Of a DNA stretch of 64,000 nucleotides, positions 60,090 to 64,000 are shown one piece after another. The translations under genes and the position numbers were made by a program. Under the pieces are notes generated by a model that ran no database searches, was not told the DNA's origin, and saw nothing but the letters and a program-made list of their open reading frames with translations. Within the stretch, counting starts at the first letter, position 1. Every line of letters begins with the position of its first letter. Where the stretch lies: assembly GCA_963784485.1 (NCBI GenBank), contig CAWARH010000006.1, positions 580,298-644,297 of the forward strand. Direction: 5' to 3'. This stretch comes from an uncultured Actinomycetota bacterium (GTDB lineage Bacteria; Actinomycetota; Actinomycetes; Propionibacteriales; Nocardioidaceae).

Positions 60090-60770
60090 ATGACCCGTGT
60101 GCTGCTCGTTGACGATGAGGCATCCATCGTTGAGGCCGTCGGTCGTGGGCTCAGGGGGGAGGGGATGGCCGTTGATTCCGCTGCCGACGGGGTCGACGGC
60201 TTGTGGAAAGCGACGAACCAGCGCTACGACGTGATCATCCTGGATGTCATGCTGCCGGGCCTGTCGGGACATGAGGTGCTGAAGCGCACGAGGGCAGCCG
60301 AAGTGTGGGCCCCGATCCTGATGCTGACCGCCAAGGACGGCGAGTACGACATCGCCGATGCCCTTGATCTGGGGGCCGACGACTATCTCTCTAAGCCGTT
60401 CAGCTTTGTGGTGCTCCTTGCCCGAGTCCGCGCACTTCAGCGTCGGGGCGTCCGCGCTCGACCTACCCAGCTCACGGCCGGTGACCTGGTGATCGACCCA
60501 GGGCAACGTATCTGCCGCCGCGGTGTCAACGAGATCGCGCTGACGCCCAAGGAGTTCTCCGTCCTTGAGTTCTTGGCGAGTCACCCCGATCAGGTGATGA
60601 GCAAGACCGAGATCCTCCATGCCGTCTGGGACGAGAACTTCGAGGGAGACTCGAACATCATCGAGGTCTACATCGGCTACCTGCGCCGCAAGATCGACGC
60701 CCCTTACGGACGGCATGCCATCGGGACAGTCCGTGGAGCGGGTTATCGGCTGGACGGGACTGGAGGATGA
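60090..60770 (+). CDS. OmpR/PhoB-family response regulator
   Basis: Receiver domain (VLLVDDE, DVIILDVMLPG, LMLTAKD) plus a winged-helix output (LTPKEFSVLEFL...GAGYRL). Confidence 0.9.
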   Translation: MTRVLLVDDEASIVEAVGRGLRGEGMAVDSAADGVDGLWKATNQRYDVIILDVMLPGLSGHEVLKRTRAAEVWAPILMLTAKDGEYDIADALDLGADDYLSKPFSFVVLLARVRALQRRGVRARPTQLTAGDLVIDPGQRICRRGVNEIALTPKEFSVLEFLASHPDQVMSKTEILHAVWDENFEGDSNIIEVYIGYLRRKIDAPYGRHAIGTVRGAGYRLDGTGG

Positions 60771-62110
60771 GCGCGCGGCTGCGGCCGAGCAAGTGGTCGT
60801 TGCGCGCGCGGCTCACGGTGACCGCCACCCTGGTCATCGTCGTTCTTGTGTCCCTCGCAGCTGTTGTCTTGGTGTGGCGGGTGGACACCGCGCTGCGTGC
60901 GAGCACGGACGCGATCGTGCGGCGGCAGGCCTCCGACATCGCAGCGACCTCCACAGGCTCCACGAGTCCGCAGCTCCCCACATCTGCAGGGACGGCCCTC
61001 GTGCAGATCACCGATGCCTCCGGCATGGTCATCGCCTCCTCAGCGTCGATCGACGGGGAACCACTCGCGTTCCCGGTCGCAGTGCCGCTTTCGGGACAAG
61101 CTGTGGAGACGAGAACAATTGCTGTTGGGGCCCTCGATGGTGCTCCGTACCTCGTGGCGGCGGTCGCCACGGAGGGTGTGCCTGCGTTCCAGGTGTATGT
61201 GGGCCTGCCGCTGGCGGAGGCCAATCGGAGCACCGCCGAGCTCGCGACAACCCTCGCCGTGGGAGCTCCGCTGCTGGCCGTCGCGTTCGCCGTGCTGATC
61301 TGGGTCATGGCCGGCCGCGCCTTGCGTCCGGTCGAGATGTTGCGACGCCAAGCCGCGGACATCCCGCTGACTGACCTGCACCGCCGCCTGACGGTGCCCG
61401 AGACCGGCGATGAGCTTGAGCGGCTCGGTGCGACTCTGAACAACCTGCTCGATCGCCTTGATCGTTCGCTGAGTCGACAACGCCAGTTCGTGGCTGACGC
61501 CGCCCACGAGCTCCGAAGCCCGGTCGCCGCGATCCGGTCCCAAGCTGAGGTCGACGACCACGTGAACGGGCTCTCCTCACCGAGCGCTGTTGCTGTCGAG
61601 TCGGCACGGCTGACCCATCTCGTCGATGAGTTGCTCGCCCTGGCGCGCCTGGATGCAGAACCCCAGCGGCGCCGGGAGGTTCTGGACCTTGATGACGTCG
61701 TCCTGACCGAGGTCTCGCTGATGGGCCGCCCCCATGGTCCGGTCATCGTGAGCTCCGGTGTCACAGCAGTGCAGATCAGCGGCGACACCGGACAGGTCTC
61801 ACGCGCGGTCCGCAACCTACTGGAGAACGCCGCGCGGTACGCGAGAAGCCGCGTAGTGGTCACCTTGGAGGCCCAGGGCGGGAACGCCGTCCTTGTTGTC
61901 TCCGACGACGGCCCTGGAATCCCCGAGAGCGACCGCAGCCGGGTCCTCGAGCGTTTCACCCGACTCGAGGAGGCGCGCACGCGCACTACCGGTGGTGTCG
62001 GCCTTGGGCTGGCCATCGTGGACGAGGTCGTGGCCGCGCATGGCGGCGTGCTAGCCGTCGAAGACGCAGCCCCCGGAGCGCGGATGGTTGTCCGTCTCCC
62101 CCGCGTGTAG
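60767..62110 (+). CDS. sensor histidine kinase (2 TM, HAMP, HisKA, HATPase_c)
   Basis: H-box FVADAAHELRSPV, N-box LLENAARY, G1 DDGPGI and G2 GGVGLGLAIV. ATGA overlap with the response regulator gene. Confidence 0.9.
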   Translation: MSARLRPSKWSLRARLTVTATLVIVVLVSLAAVVLVWRVDTALRASTDAIVRRQASDIAATSTGSTSPQLPTSAGTALVQITDASGMVIASSASIDGEPLAFPVAVPLSGQAVETRTIAVGALDGAPYLVAAVATEGVPAFQVYVGLPLAEANRSTAELATTLAVGAPLLAVAFAVLIWVMAGRALRPVEMLRRQAADIPLTDLHRRLTVPETGDELERLGATLNNLLDRLDRSLSRQRQFVADAAHELRSPVAAIRSQAEVDDHVNGLSSPSAVAVESARLTHLVDELLALARLDAEPQRRREVLDLDDVVLTEVSLMGRPHGPVIVSSGVTAVQISGDTGQVSRAVRNLLENAARYARSRVVVTLEAQGGNAVLVVSDDGPGIPESDRSRVLERFTRLEEARTRTTGGVGLGLAIVDEVVAAHGGVLAVEDAAPGARMVVRLPRV

Positions 62111-62180
62111 TCGGGGAGCCACCAGTCGGGAACCCCGCGCTCTCATCGTGGTCTCATCGGCGAGATCGCAGTGTGGGGTC

Positions 62181-62870
62181 ATGACGATCTCCTCAACCTC
62201 TTTGTCGATGCGCCGGCTCCTCCAGGCACTCGGTGTGGCCGCCCTCCTGACGGGCGTCGCCGCCTGCGGCGGCACATCCGGTTCCATCACGGCTCCCGCG
62301 CCGACACCCAGTGCGTCGTCCACTAGTTCCACCCAGGCCCCGTCAACCCCTGCCTCGTCCGCGCCTCCGGCCAACACGGACGCTCCCGTCCCGGTGGAGA
62401 GCAACCCGCCCGGGGACATCCCGGACAACCTCGCGTTCGTCAGCTACTCCAACAAGGCCGGGGGGTACTCCTTCACCCACCCCGAGGGTTGGGCCCAGAC
62501 AGGCACAGGCACCCAGGTTCTGTTCACCGACAAGCTGAACGGCGTGGCCGTGGACAGCCTGAAGGCGAGCACGGCGCCCACCACCTCAAGCGCCAAGTCG
62601 TCAGACGTTCCGCGTCTGCAGAGCTCCGTACCGGCCTTCCAGCTGCGAGACATCACCGCTGTCACGGTCCCGGGTGGACAGGGTGTGCGCATCGTGTTTC
62701 GGCGCAACTCCGACCCTGACCCGGTCACCGGCAAGGTCTTCCGTGACGAGGTCGAGGAGTACCTCGTCTTCCACGCAGGCCGTTTGGTCCGCATGGATCT
62801 GTACGGACCTGTCGGCGCCGACAACGTTGATGCCTACCGGACCATGTCGCAGAGTCTGACCATCCGATGA
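62181..62870 (+). CDS. lipoprotein of unknown function
   Basis: MTISSTSLSMRRLLQALGVAALLTGVAAC contains a lipobox. A Ser/Thr/Pro-rich linker precedes a ~150-aa globular domain. Confidence 0.7.
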   Translation: MTISSTSLSMRRLLQALGVAALLTGVAACGGTSGSITAPAPTPSASSTSSTQAPSTPASSAPPANTDAPVPVESNPPGDIPDNLAFVSYSNKAGGYSFTHPEGWAQTGTGTQVLFTDKLNGVAVDSLKASTAPTTSSAKSSDVPRLQSSVPAFQLRDITAVTVPGGQGVRIVFRRNSDPDPVTGKVFRDEVEEYLVFHAGRLVRMDLYGPVGADNVDAYRTMSQSLTIR

Positions 62871-63574
62871 CGGCGCTGCTGCACGAGGTCGATCCTCGGC
62901 TCCCAGCTCGCGTTGCACCGGTCCTGGAGGCACGCGGGCTGCACCGGTTCTTCCGCCGTGGAGGCGAGGAGGTGGCGGCGCTACGCGATGTCTCGCTCAC
63001 GCTGTTTCCTGGCGAGATCGTGGCGATCGTGGGGCCCTCGGGATCCGGAAAGTCCACGTTGCTCAACATGCTCGCGGGCCTTGACGACCCGGACGGCGGG
63101 TCGGTGCAGGTGGCCGGGAGACAGCTCAGCCACGAGTCCCCTTCGGTACAGGCACGACTCCGTGGCGAGCTCATCGGCGTACTCACCCAAACGAGCGGGC
63201 TGGTCGAACACCTCGATCTGTTGGAGAACCTGCGCCTCGCGGCCTCGTTTCGTGACAACGCCGGATCGACCAGCGCGCTGCGCTCGCTCCTGAGTGACGT
63301 GCAGCTCACCGAGCACGCCCATGCCCGTCCCTCCACCCTGTCCGGCGGCGAGACCGCACGAGCCAACCTGGCCGTCGCGTTGGTCGGCGGCCCCCGGCTA
63401 CTGCTGGCCGACGAGCCGACGGCCGAGGTGAGTACGGGTGAAGAGGCGGCACTGCTGCAGCTTCTTCGCAGGCTGCAACCGACTGGTGGCGCCACGCTTC
63501 TGGTCACTCACTCCCCCGGGGTCGCCAGGGCCGCCGACAGGACCGTGCACCTGCTGGACGGGCGTGCATCATGA
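62867..63574 (+). CDS. ABC transporter ATP-binding protein (atypical signature LSGGE)
   Basis: Walker A GPSGSGKST, signature LSGGETARANLAVAL, Walker B LLLADEPTAEV and H-loop VTHSP. ATGA overlap with the lipoprotein gene. Confidence 0.8.
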   Translation: MTALLHEVDPRLPARVAPVLEARGLHRFFRRGGEEVAALRDVSLTLFPGEIVAIVGPSGSGKSTLLNMLAGLDDPDGGSVQVAGRQLSHESPSVQARLRGELIGVLTQTSGLVEHLDLLENLRLAASFRDNAGSTSALRSLLSDVQLTEHAHARPSTLSGGETARANLAVALVGGPRLLLADEPTAEVSTGEEAALLQLLRRLQPTGGATLLVTHSPGVARAADRTVHLLDGRAS

Positions 63575-64000
63575 CCTCAACCGACGTGGCTCCATTGGTG
63601 TCGGCCAGCACCGTGGGCGTGCGCTACGGAGCGACTCAGATTCTGCGCGATGTCGACTTAGAGATCGCCGCCGGTTCCCACATCGCGTTGACGGGTCGCT
63701 CCGGAAGCGGCAAGACGACGCTGCTCCTGGTCCTCGCGGGCCTGCTGGCGCCCACCGAAGGTGATGTCACCTGGCCCGGGCTCTCCACAGACCGGACGGA
63801 ACGACGCGGGCAGATCGGCATGGTGTTTCAAGCACCGTCGCTGATGCCAGAGCTCACCGCCCTCCAGAACGTCACCCTCCCCCTGCGACTGAGGGGAACC
63901 GACCGTCAGCACGCAGAAGCAGCCGCCCTCGTTGCCCTGGGCCACGTCCGGGCCGCGGACCTTGCCGACGCCCTCCCACCGCAGCTCTCTGGAGGTCAGC
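63571..64000 (+). CDS. second ABC transporter ATP-binding protein (3' end beyond window)
   Basis: Walker A GRSGSGKTT, Q-loop MVFQAPSL and canonical LSGGQ at the window edge. ATGA overlap. Confidence 0.8.
   Translation, partial: MTSTDVAPLVSASTVGVRYGATQILRDVDLEIAAGSHIALTGRSGSGKTTLLLVLAGLLAPTEGDVTWPGLSTDRTERRGQIGMVFQAPSLMPELTALQNVTLPLRLRGTDRQHAEAAALVALGHVRAADLADALPPQLSGGQ

Noticed and set aside
1-64000. CRISPR arrays, rRNA/tRNA genes, IS elements or integrases
   Set aside because: No spaced direct repeats, no tRNA-like cloverleaf candidates in the few intergenic gaps over 100 nt, and no transposase- or integrase-like ORF were seen. The only mobile-element traces are the relaxase stub and the Fic/VbhA remnant.

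Overview
Very GC-rich, GC3-skewed actinobacterial chromosomal segment, with mycothiol-type, mycoredoxin-like, SARP, LAL and PucR families. I call about 60 protein genes, packed tightly; at least 19 junctions are 4-nt ATGA/GTGA start/stop overlaps. I saw no rRNA, tRNA, CRISPR array or intact transposon. Most long ORFs in the six-frame track are alternative-frame or antisense artefacts of the GC content.

Layout:
- 1-14.7 kb: small catabolic operons (alpha/beta hydrolase-CMD-LLM monooxygenase; cupin-FAD monooxygenase) with LacI and PucR/GAF regulators, an MFS transporter, and secreted proteins including an M1 peptidase.
- 14.8-19.0 kb: one 1405-aa SARP-STAND NTPase-TM-double beta-propeller protein.
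- 19.1-25.2 kb: YtrA-like GntR operon, a LAL LuxR regulator and a coupled three-gene membrane operon.
- 25.4-40.9 kb: the most interesting part. Thirteen genes on one strand combine a GS-like gamma-glutamyl ligase, two C26 amidohydrolases, a P450/ferredoxin/ferredoxin-reductase system, a signal-less SBP-fold protein and a GntR + soluble Cache pair. They continue into PucR-GabT-ALDH-glutaryl-CoA dehydrogenase, with a divergent APC permease. I read this as a Puu-like amine pathway in which the oxidase is replaced by a P450, probably for a C5 amine such as piperidine or cadaverine.
- 41-50 kb: BKACE/TetR, hydrolase-OsmC + GH15, and a YnjBCD-like ABC importer.
- 50-56.8 kb: a redox module. It has a SigR/RsrA-like ECF sigma and ZAS anti-sigma coupled to a disulfide reductase, a Met-rich membrane protein, a mycoredoxin-TM-DUF427 fusion, and TVP38 + CDP-alcohol transferase.
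- 56.9-60 kb: a decay scar, namely a frameshifted 5'-truncated mutarotase abutting a MobF relaxase N-terminal stub, an orphan VbhA-type antitoxin and a degraded Fic gene.
- 60-64 kb: a response regulator-kinase-lipoprotein-ABC ATPase cluster in slightly less GC-rich DNA.

All functional calls come from motif and family recognition by eye. No searches were run.
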